Positions 11,501-21,665 of a stretch of 38,802 bases of DNA are shown piece by piece. This DNA comes from Intoshia linei. Its lineage: Eukaryota > Animalia > Orthonectida. The notes under the pieces are model-generated. The model did not search any database and was not told the origin of the DNA. It was given only the letters and a program-made list of their open reading frames with translations. Every line of letters starts with the position of its first letter. Positions within the stretch are counted from its first letter, which is position 1. The DNA is taken from NCBI GenBank assembly GCA_001642005.1, contig LWCA01000224.1:1-38802 (forward strand), in the 5' to 3' direction. The translations under genes and the position numbers were made by a program.

Positions 11501-14431
11501 AAATTATTCTGATTATTCCTTGAATCTAAATTGTATATTTAGTTAACATTCGATTAATGAGATGAATGAATAATAAGACCTGGCGGAATAGACTTTAAAA
11601 ACAACAAACATAATTTAGGACAGGAGTTTCTTAAAATTTCTTCTTCGGTCCAGAGTTAGTAAAATTAAATTTTTCCAAAAATTATTTGAAAAAGAAGATA
11701 TTTCCCTTAATCGTTGGTAAAATAGTGTTTTTCAAAAAAAATATTGGAAAAAGGGGACTTTTGCCTCAAGAATTGATAAAATTGAATTTTTAATTAGATT
11801 TTATTACTTTAATTTATTGGTGGGATAAAAGTGGTATTTTTGAAATAATAATGTAGCGGTCGTTTAGGTTAAGTTATGATCACTATGATTAAGTTTGATT
11901 TTATTAGTTACTGAGTATTAAATTTATATTTTTGAATATTGTAACCTGAAAATTTTGTATTCCAATCAAAATATTTCTCACATACATTTGAATGAGAACA
12001 TCAGTATGATAGCTAAAAATATTTTATATTTAAATGAACCATGCACTATAAATATTACTTGAATGCAACATCCATCATAATTTGATTAGAATTTATATTT
12101 TTTGTATACATTTTAATGCCATCTACTCGAGGTTTCTATAATTCATTTAATATATAATGAAAAAAAATTATATTTAGTAGGGTGGTAATCGATAAAAAAT
12201 TAATAAATCCAAACTAAACTATATAGCTCTGGTTTGAAATAATATTTCTCTAAAGCAGTGATTCTTAACCGGTGCGCCGCAAAGAAATTTGAGTTTATTT
12301 TATAAATTTTTAAAAATTAGTGTCAGAATTTCAACAGTAACCATTATTTCATGAACATTTTGTGATTTGTTATTTAATTTAATGTATTTATATTAAATAA
12401 TATGGTAAACACCAAAATATCAACATTTAATCATACATCAATTATTCTTTACTAAATTTAAGTTCACACAATAAAAAGTATTTTTGTATTATTATGATTT
12501 TATATTTTTATCGTTTTTTTTAATCATTGGACATTAACGAAAATCAATGTGTTTTTTTTTTTATCAAATTTTAAGGGCGCCCTGAAGTAAATAAAGTTAC
12601 GAACACTGCTCTAAGGGTTGCTAAAATTGGATTTATCTGAATTTATACACGCGCAATACCTTCATGCACCGAATACTTTTAAAGTTATTAAAAAATCAGT
12701 ATCAGTAATGAATACATTTTAATATTTTATATGATAACTGAATTTTATTCTATTTTATCTGTTACAATTTGCATTAATCATTAAAAGTACTAAATGTAAT
12801 GTTATTTTAAATAATCAAATAAAATTAATAAAATTTTTTGCATTATTTACCGATACAAACAATTTATATCATTATATTATGAATTTTTATCAGGTTTATC
12901 AAAAACTAAATTTTTTTAAATGAGACAATTAAAAAAAAAATTATTCTGATAGAGCTTATTCCAGTTGATATAAATACAAAATTTTAACCCCTGAAATCTA
13001 CGCATTCCCGGTGAAAAATAATTTTTAATATATTATCAACCAATATTTTTCAAATATTTCGATTAAATTAAAAATGTAAATATGGATCCTACAATTTCAA
13101 AAAAAATGTGCATTGAACGTCTACACATTTCCAATAAAGAAATATGGGTGAAAATCTACATAATTCCTTCGGAATTTTTTTCATTGCTACGCAATTTTTA
13201 AATTTCAAATTCTTTACGTACATGTTAACAAAAAAAATTAAGATGGAATAATTCACTTTAAAGTAAAAAGTGATGTGATGTGGTGGTTCCACCTGAAACA
13301 AGTTTGGAAACCACTCCTTTAAACAATTGATAATAGTGAATAGTATGATTTTTAAGTTAGATTTTCAACGTAAATTTATTTTTTTGGTTTTTTATATTTG
13401 TATAATAAAAATATGCCCTCGTCAGATCTAGGTGATGTTTGTACGTAGTACATAACAGTCAACCTAGTTCTTTATAATATACGCTGGGTTACCTAAACTG
13501 TGTCCACTGGACACTGTCCAGCCGTATAATTTAATAAAAACTACTTTAATTTATATTGCTAATTAATAATCTTTATTTTTTAATATAGTAATATTAACAA
13601 ATAATTAATTGTAAATTATAAACAAATAAAAGATTGTATTCTTTACAAAAATCATTAAAAAATATTAATTTTAAAAATATTTTGATCTTAAAACTGTAGT
13701 GTCTTAATCAATTTCATATCGAATATTAAAATAAAATGTATCTAATCTAATTAATACTATAATGTTTATTATACTATAACTATACACATTCTAAATAAAT
13801 TTAAGCAAGTAGGTCCATAACTATAATTGCATTATTTAAACAATACACTTGAACTAAATGTATATAATTTCCATAAACAATAAAAATCAGCAGTGCAACA
13901 ATTTTATAAAAAACATTTATCATGCCAAAATCAAAACATTTATTGGTGGGCAATTGGAATGACAAAAATTTAAAAATAAAACGTTCATAATCCCATGATA
14001 CATTAATAAAATTACCATTGTTCCAAAATTTATATCATCAAAATAAAATGGTTTTAATAAATTCGGCAAGCTTGCATTAATCTTTTTTTCCAAATTATTT
14101 CTAAACATTTGTTCCATAAATGTTTCAGCATTAAACCAAACTTTAGATATTATCTAAAATTTCAGCTTAATTAAATACTAAAAATTACATTATTTAACCA
14201 CTCGGCTCGCTCGACATCTGGAAAATTGACCCAGTTTGGTAAATTTGGATAATCCAATAAAAGTTTTTCATTTTTAGCCAATCTTGAGAAATTTTTCCTC
14301 AATCTCTCCGAAATGGATATTTTATAGTTTGTATAATACGCAACAAGAACGAGCAAAACTACCCACAAGTACGACAACGAAAAATATCCAAACGACCAAC
14401 ACAAAGATGAAAACACGAAAATAGAAATCAT
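5567..14431 (-). CDS. ESYT2: Extended synaptotagmin (E-Syt2/3-like: TM hairpin, SMP, C2A, C2B, C2C)
   Basis: Exons 14431-14189, 14153-14016, 12135-12059, 12012-11946, 11525-11436, 11385-11330, 11147-11027, 10992-10822, 10717-10678, 10633-10591, 10551-10506, 10467-10399, 10363-10298, 9772-9611, 9552-9415, 9268-9072, 6113-5997, 5735-5567, in phase with GT-AG junctions. Hydrophobic N-terminus, SMP start LPNWVNFPDVERAEWLN, C2A NLKAAD..SDAYC..KTKVIPETCNPVWNEEF..FDKDYNSDDKLG, C2B HSAQDLP..PKWNECF, divergent C2C. The exact C-terminus is uncertain (stop at 5567, or one more 38-nt intron). The paralogue number is not resolved. Confidence 0.88.
5878..5950 (+). repeat. Dispersed repeat (family B), intronic
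   Basis: AAATTTTCGTC..CTAAGAGGGTATCG..GTAGGTTCGGCACT is shared with 15840-15905. A weaker inverted copy lies at about 25915-25940. Confidence 0.65.
6904..8100 (+). pseudogene. Decayed hAT-like (CGGBP1-related) DDE transposase, antisense inside an E-Syt intron
   Basis: N-terminal Zn-finger remnant (QLYCKCG..LKTQSH), DLVKAFISADIPFSKL, MIVDETS, LLLSDAASYMK, HITCIVHLYH (CxxH), IPLPPNFCKTRFGDWL. Frameshifts near 7075 and 7800; the C-terminus is missing. Confidence 0.85.
9878..10180 (+). mobile_element. Helitron-like 5' fragment in E-Syt intron
   Basis: CCTTACTTATATAAAG..GCTAAAAATGTATGTCT matches 25196ff and 37842ff. The downstream CAAATTACC(A/T)TTTTTT motif is shared with 33031 and 38136. Confidence 0.55.
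11620..11880 (-). repeat. Dispersed repeat (family C), related in inverted orientation to 16876-17190
   Basis: AATATTGGAAAAAGG..TTTTGCCTCAAGAATTGATA is the approximate reverse complement of TATCAACCCTTAAGGGTAAAATCACCTTTTTCCAATAT. Confidence 0.5.
12256..12608. mobile_element. hAT/Buster MITE in E-Syt intron 2
   Basis: Ends CAGTGATTCTTAACC ... GTTACGAACACTG. TSD CTCTAAAG / CTCTAAGG. Confidence 0.75.
12925..13467 (+). mobile_element. Non-autonomous Helitron-like element, 3' half with intact terminus
   Basis: Homologous to 186-690 (inverted) and 38368-38451. Ends with the hairpin TGTAC-GTA-GTACA, an 11-nt spacer, then CTAG followed by T, the standard Helitron 3' signature. Confidence 0.75.
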
Positions 14432-14490
14432 AATAAGATTAATCGTAAATAGAAACTAAATCAAGGACAATAAGATAAGAAATAGTGTAT

Positions 14491-15172
14491 TTAGCACTCT
14501 CCACAATCAACAATTTTACATTCTTTAGAAGTCTTTCCATTTGTATTACCACACGATTCAAGCTCTTTGACGACTTCGACACCACTGACAACTTTTCCAA
14601 AGACGACGTGTTTTCCATTCAACCTAAACTGACCTGTAAAAATATATTTTAAATGTACCATGGAGTCTTTTCAGTAGTTATGAAAAATTGAGAACCGTTG
14701 GTGTTAGGTCCTGCGTTAGCCATTGATAGTAAATCTAAAAAAAGGATAAAGTGGCCAAAAAGATCAATTACATTCTTGGTCATGGATCAATTTAAAGTTT
14801 TCATCCTTAAACTTTTCTCCATAAATACTTTTACCACCAGTTCCATCTAAATTAAATTATACTAAAGTCGAGACAAAATATTACTTCCATTTGTGAAATC
14901 ACCTCCTTGAATCATGAATTGTGGAATAATTCTGTGGAAGCAAGATCCCTTGTATCCAAATCCAGGTTCATGGGTGCATAACTGTCTGAAGTTTTCTAAT
15001 AACAATTAAACTTTCATTTATTAAAAAATTTACCGGCAGTTTTAGGAACTACATCATGGAAAAGCTAAATTATTAATATAAAAAGTACATTAAATTACTC
15101 AACCTGAAAGGTTATCCTTTTTGGCTTTGAGTTTCCCATAGTCACATCAAAAAAAACGTTTTTATTTGCCAT
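14491..15172 (-). CDS. PPIA: Peptidyl-prolyl cis-trans isomerase, cyclophilin A type, 6 exons
   Basis: Exons 15172-15104, 15064-15034, 14995-14885, 14846-14772, 14734-14659, 14623-14491 (introns 39, 38, 38, 37, 35 nt). Protein [98 protein letters not shown]. Entirely missed by the ORF track. Confidence 0.97.
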
Positions 15173-15216
15173 TGAAAGAAAATGCTTAGAAAAGAACAAA
15201 AATTTGTTGATAAAAG

Positions 15217-15244
15217 CCACGTCAAAATATGAAAATGGACGATA
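15217..15244 (-). promoter_or_regulatory. Candidate proximal promoter elements of cyclophilin (TGACGTGG bZIP/UPRE-like site; TATCGTCCA)
   Basis: TGACGTGG lies about 45 nt upstream of the ATG. It is a CpG-containing 8-mer in very AT-rich DNA and matches the CRE/UPRE consensus. Function is untested. Confidence 0.35.
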
Positions 15245-15317
15245 ATTAAATTGTTAAGAGCAGACAAATCTCGTCTAGGTAGCTAAATTGACAGTGGCTT
15301 AAATGTTTATCTAAACA

Positions 15318-18300
15318 TCAAATTAGTATTAACCATTGTTCTTTAGTGCAATCTGTTTTACGTGGGGCAAGGTTGTGATTGATATGCTGTAGATTCGATT
15401 ATTTGTACATTTGTATGCGTGTGACTTTTATCATACAATTGTAATGTTAATCTTTGTAATTGTATCATAAATTATGCAACGCAATATTTCTAGTTTTATG
15501 AGAATATTTATGATCATTTATATCGAGTTTGTTTTATTCTTGTACTTTAATTAACTCAGATTAATTAATTAATCAAATTATTTAATATTACAAATATTTT
15601 CTTGGTTTAAAGAATTATAAATTTTACAAAATCAAGCATTACTTTTTTCACTATATAATTTTATACGATGTTTTATTATGTTGTAATCCAAAACAAATTG
15701 TGATTGTGAAACAGATCCTTTGACCTAAAATATATTTAAAATAATTTAGCAAATCATAAGATGTAAAAAAGCTCACAATAGACTAATCTAGTCTATGACC
15801 TGTATCGAATCGGACAAAGTTATACTTAAAGTAATTCTGAAAAATTTCGTCGAGGCCTTCTAAGAGGGTATCGATGTACGGTAGGTTCGGCACTGGTGAC
15901 CAGTCATCGATGTATAATTAAATAAAAGTATACCGTTGAAATCATAACCTGAACGTTTTGGTCTTTTTTATAGATAGAAGCTATGATGGTATTAATACTA
16001 ATATATGCTGTAATGATAATATTGTTAATAAAATTAATACGTGTCAATTTTTAATTTGTTAATTTTTTGATTTTGATTTTTCTTCCTTATTGAATCATCC
16101 ACATAAGAAACTTTGACCTATACTCACATGTCAATATATAATTTTGATTTGCATATTGTATATTATGTAACATTTTGAAAACGAATACAATCGTGCCCTA
16201 CGGTAAGGCAAAATTTTACTAGGAAAAAATGATGCGACACCCTTTGTAGGTTACATTTATAACAATCAATATTTCACTAAAAATTAAATTTTATCAATAT
16301 AACGATGTCCTCATAAAATGTAAAATTTAAAAATTTAAAAATTTTTTCAATTCTAAATTGCAAAGTTTTGAAAATGTTAAAATTGTTGCAATAAATAGTC
16401 CCATCTACACGTCAGTTTTTTAATGTGTGCAGAGGTGCAATAATATAATGAAAAAAAATTCAAAATATCTAATATCATAATATCTCGAGCATCCACTTCA
16501 CGAACCCTGCATTACATTATTCAATTTTAAATATGGATTTATAAAAAATACACGATATTTTGTGAATATATCCTGAACCTTATCTTTTAAACATATACAA
16601 TAATTTCTATCCATCAACTTGCTTTTCTAAAAATATTTTTAAAACATTACCATTACAACGTATACAAGCTAGGGGTTTTAAAATGAACCGGTTGATTCAG
16701 GAAACTTTTGAGTTATTATTAGGAAAGTTACGTTAATATTTTTTACTATTGTTAATTTATTACAGTAAACCATGGCTTCTCAAATTGATCCATGTCGTCC
16801 CCAGAGGTCCACACTATATAAAAGGGTCCACGGCTAAACTAATATATTATTTCAAGAATTAATTTAATATTATTATGGAGAAAACACTACTAAATCTAAA
16901 TTCAAAACATAAAATCGAAATTTACGGGAAAAATCCACTTTGTAAATATTTTTTGAAAAATGCGTTTTTTCCAAATGTGACAAGAAAAAAACATCTTAAT
17001 CCAACCCTAAAAGAAAGAATACAATTATACCAACCCTTAAGTGAAAAATCCTTTTTTCAAATATTTTTTAATAAATACAATTTTACCAAATATACGGAAA
17101 TAAAACCACTTAATCCAAACCAAAATAATAAATTCAATTATATCAACCCTTAAGGGTAAAATCACCTTTTTCCAATATATTTTTGATTATTCTTATTTTT
17201 GTTTTGATTCAATATTGATTGTCAAAAATATTTTAGAAATCAAGAAAAAAATTTTCTAATTACAAATATGATTAATATTTACATTAAATTTAATAATTAA
17301 AATACATAAACATACATGAAAACAATGTTTACGTATAAATATTTTAGGGGGTCCATGATAAATGATTTTTCAATTTTGGGGGTCCATGACGTTTATTACT
17401 TAATAACTGGGGTTTTTGACCTGTAAGATGTGAAATTGGGAGGTTGAAATTGATCTTATTATACGTTCCAGAAAAAATTGTAATTGAAATGTGGTTTTTA
17501 AAAAAATTCTAAGAATAGTAATTATTTCAATAAATTCACACACACACAGACACAAACAAAAATCGCGTCGCATTTTATATAAGTTAGGATTAGTACTAGC
17601 AAAATTAAAAAATTAGTTTATTTTTGTAAAGTATACATTATGTATGTATTATTACAGAGTTCCCAGATTTTTGGATCTTTCCCCAAAGCCTAGACCAGTG
17701 TTTCCGAATCATTTATTTTCCAGTGCCCCTTTTATAAAATTTTCAAATGATAGTGCCCCCTATTAAAACCTAATACAATCTATATAAATTAAATCGCCTA
17801 ACCTACTACCCCTAAAAAAATCGCGTAGCATATTATATAAGTTAGGATATTGTGAAAAATGTTAGTTTACATTTTGTTAAAATTATAAATTTCGATTAAA
17901 AAAAACTAAAACGAAACAAAATGTGTAAATCATGATCCTAAAAATAATAAACTAGTTGAACCATTCCTGATCCTTTCATAGAAAATTATAAACAGTTAAC
18001 CGGTTAATTTTCCTCGATTCAATCCCACCCAAAACACATCCCTTCCCAAGTGTTTGTCTCTTGTGGACCGATCCACATTTTACACATGCAGAAATACAAT
18101 TACGTGGCATAATCGTAACAGTATTATTAAGTATTTATTATAACAAAAATGTACCTGTAATAAATCCAAGAAACGTATGTAGTTTGAGGTATTTTCAATA
18201 CATTCGGTTAAAAAGAGACTGTCAACAATGGCAGCTTTAAAGATTGATTTAAAATATAATTCGTCAGGAATATATATCATAATAGAATAAATTGCATTAA

Positions 18301-20215
18301 AGAAATTGTCAATGTCAATTCGTTTCTAAAAATAAAAATTCATCATTATAGAAATACAATTGTATAACATTACCTGAATCAAAATATTATGCACAATATA
18401 ACTTGAAATATATTTTTCCATGTCATCAAATTGAATCATGTAGTTTGCCAAAATTTTAGATAAAATGAAAGATAATGGGTGACTTTCTTTGAACAATAAA
18501 TTTTTATACACATCGATAGAAATGAATAATTTCATTATGTTCTACAAATTTGAAATTGTACTTTAATTAATTAATTAATCTATTTTAATTTAATTCATTA
18601 GTATATTAATTTAAATTGCATTAAAGCTAGAAGAATTACAACAATAAACCCGTCAAGTTGACGGCCATGTTGGAAGTTCAAATTCGATAAATTACCATTA
18701 ATATAATAAAATATTAAGTAGTCAAAATTAAGATAGATTTTTCTGTGGTACACCTTAAAGGTTCTGTAAAAATTTCGGTACATTCTCGTTTTTTTTTTTA
18801 TTGAGAAAATGAACATGAGCAAAGTAAAAATGCGCACCAAAATGTGTTTTCAAATAAAATTTATATAAAGTTTTTTCGCAGTAGACTAACCTTCGTCTAA
18901 CCGCACAGTTTGGGAATCACTGATTTAGAGTATATCAATATTACCGTAAACACGTCTAAATTACATTTGAAAGTGTTTTTTTCTTTGATTCTATTTAATT
19001 TGAAGTGGAATGTGGCTTTAAGGTGATTTGAAACATTTTTAATAAACTTATTAACTTGACTGTGCTGATTTGTGTCTTTTAAAACAGATGAGACGATTTT
19101 GATGATATAATTAATTTCAAGGCATGATAAACATTAATAAATGTATTAGAAATATTAAAATAATAATAGCTACAAAGATCATAAAATTATATACAATCAG
19201 TTGTATTCTATAATATATTTCTCAAATGTGTCCGCGAGAAAAAAGGTATATACAGTTTTACATTTACAAATACTGTAATATTTACATTATGTTATATCTC
19301 AATTTGTTATACAGTAGGGTATACACTTACTTACAGATACTTTATCTAATTAAAAAAAGCCATTTTGCATAAGTTGCTTTTTTATTTATATACAAATGTA
19401 CAAATGTATTATTAAAAAATAAAATACCACGTCTAATATTAACATGTAATGTTTAATATTTAAATAAAAATTTTAAATCAATGACCACCGATAAATTTTC
19501 TGTCATGAATATTATTTCATTCATTTCATTTAAAATGAAACTTTAAATCATCAAAAAATTTTAAATTAAATTGTTTGACACGCCAAATATCAAAAAAGTA
19601 CCATCAATGTGAAAAAAAGTTTCCAATCTTGTTAAAATTCAAAATATACAAAAATAAAAATTTACCTTTAAAATTAGAATTTTTAAACATTTGACAAACC
19701 TCATCAAGGTTAAAATGTTCCAATTCATGTATATAAAACGTTTCTATTAAACAATCAATTAAAATGACAAATGTTGATTCGTGACAACAATTTTGAATGA
19801 CATTCAATTGTTTAAATTGTAAATCCGTTACAAATTTTAAATAATTACTCAAATTTACGTTTTTTTGAGAATCATACTTTTTATTAAATTTGTTTATATA
19901 CACGTTTTTAATCATCTTGTTAAAATCATTGTACAACTTCCCTTTTTCATCCAACAAGTGTATTAAATTGCAAATTTTTTTACTATATTCACTAAAAAGA
20001 TTATTATAAAAATTAAAAGTAAGATAGTCATCTTTTCCAATCATTTTTTCGAAATTGTGAATAATTTTGTTTGTCGTAAACAAAATTTTCAATTGCAAGG
20101 TTAGTAATTTTTCTCAGGGATGGTAGATAATCATATAAATTTTTATTGCTCCAATAAAATATGTAGTAAACAATTAATAATGTACTTTAAACAATACCTG
20201 AAAAACATATTCCAT
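15318..20215 (-). CDS. Uncharacterised multi-exon gene (helical region plus C-terminal C2-like segment); 5' part uncertain or disrupted
   Basis: Phase-consistent GT-AG chain 18541-18374, 18325-18155, 16117-16041, 15997-15949, 15724-15643, 15489-15437, 15386-15318 (TGA). Upstream open stretches 19133-18945 and 20098-19666 end in good donors, but I could not join them without frameshifts. The start MEYVFQ at 20215-20198 is tentative. Confidence 0.4.
15840..15905 (+). repeat. Dispersed repeat (family B)
   Basis: Shares CTAAGAGGGTATCG..GTAGGTTCGGCACT with 5878-5950. Confidence 0.65.
16770..17409. mobile_element. Degenerate Charlie/Buster-like MITE with a nested family C repeat (about 16876-17190)
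   Basis: Start CATGGCTTCTCAAA resembles 4247. Repeated GGGTCCA(C/T) subterminal motifs occur at both ends. The middle has a roughly 110-bp internal direct repeat (CAACCCTTAAG at 17031 and 17144). Confidence 0.5.
17530..17848 (-). mobile_element. Two Helitron-like 5' termini
   Basis: AAAAATCGCGT(C/A)GCAT(T/A)TTATATAAGTTAGGAT occurs twice (ending 17590 and 17848). Its reverse complement ATCCTAACTTATATAA..TGCG matches 37841. Confidence 0.6.
17975..18090 (-). mobile_element. Possible Merlin/ISXO2-like transposase fragment
   Basis: Locally GC-richer patch translating VHKRQTLGKGCVLGGIESRK, reminiscent of the K..RGR...WVFGGIER motif. Very short. Confidence 0.3.
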
Positions 20216-20399
20216 TTTGGGAATATTGGCGGGATAAAGATTAACCTTTAACTATCAAAAACTAACAATACCATTTCAATTTCAATATGATAATAATGTA
20301 TTATCAATGATCATATAAAAATTGAAATGGTATAGTTTGTTGAAATGGAGATACGATTAAAAAGTGGTGATTAATCTCAACAACTATCATTGACAAAAA

Positions 20400-21120
20400 A
20401 ATAAACATTAGTCAAATAAATACAGTCAGACTCGTCACTAATGAACGTTAAATGTCGGATTTTTGGCACATTCATTATTAAACAATTTGGTGATTTAATG
20501 AACATTTTAAGAAATATCTGAACAATCAAGTTTATTTCATCATAACATACGTAATCAAGTCTAATTCGTCAATAATTAATGGCAAACTTCATGCGATAGA
20601 CACATTCATTAGTTATTTCGGGGATTTAATCAACATTTCGAATTAAAGGGATAACTTTTTAAAAACTGTACCAATTTATGAACCAAAACTTGTAGATTTT
20701 TAAAAAAGCCAATGTTTTAAAAAACATGCATATCTATTATATCCGATAGAGCAGTAATTCACAACGTAGTCCATAATTAACAAAATTATTTTATAACGAC
20801 TTAGATTATATTCGACGCATTCGGATACAGGTTGTAAGAGATATGGAATTAAATAAGCTTGTCAAATGTTTAATTTTATTTCATTTGCATTTGAACCAGT
20901 ATTGATTGCAGAATTAAGTGTGGAATTCATTGTACTATCAGAGCAAATAGAATTGGGTAGATTTTCTCTATGCCTTTTACTGGTTAAATGTCGATCCAAA
21001 TCTTTTTTATGTCGTCTTAAATTACTTTTGCAAACTGGGCAGTGTCCTTTTGTCGGAGACATCATAATAAATCCATATATTTAATTTTGAAGATCTCATT
21101 ATAAAAACCCATTTTACACA
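20400..21120 (-). pseudogene. Decayed BED-finger hAT-type transposase
   Basis: W....HCPVCKSNLRRHKKDLDRHLTSKRH (C2H2 BED-like finger), then frameshifted remnants NLSRYKI..NYGL and LIIDELD (first catalytic Asp region). Many stops. Confidence 0.6.
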
Positions 21121-21665
21121 TGGATACCTTTTTTGATTTTAAGCATTTATCAAAAAATTTTTTTAGATGGGTACAAATTAACCCCCCTAAATGTAATTAT
21201 TGAAATTCATACAAAAATGTTGAGATAAATATAAAAATAAATTTATTTTAAGGATAATCACCTTTAGGTTGGTTGCTATGTCTGAAACCCTTTTATGGGT
21301 TCATCGTGTTTGTGAATCATTTTGTTTTTTTAAATTTAATTATAGCTCATTTATTTTGGGTTTTAATACTGTTTGAATTCCTTATAATTAAACTCAAAAA
21401 CTATATGTAGACAAAATTTAAGTAATAATTATCATTACTTATATAATAATTAAATTTTTGATTTGATTTTATTTATTAAAAAAACCAGGAAATTTGGATT
21501 TTGACTCTGATCGATTCAAATTCAGAAATTTAACTAATATCACAATACTAAGCCAAAAAATGTATTAGAAACTGGGTTTTTTTAAATTCTACGACTGTTA
21601 ATTTTTTAAATATAATGTAACACACAGACATTCAATTTTATTAAAGTAAAGGATTGAAATGTTTA

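Noticed and set aside
13089-13301. 70-aa ORF
   Set aside because: Lies entirely inside the Helitron-like repeat.
16875-17153. 92-aa ORF
   Set aside because: Translation of the family C repeat with internal repeat units; no domain.
20866-21084. Plus-strand 72-aa ORF
   Set aside because: Antisense to the BED-finger relic.
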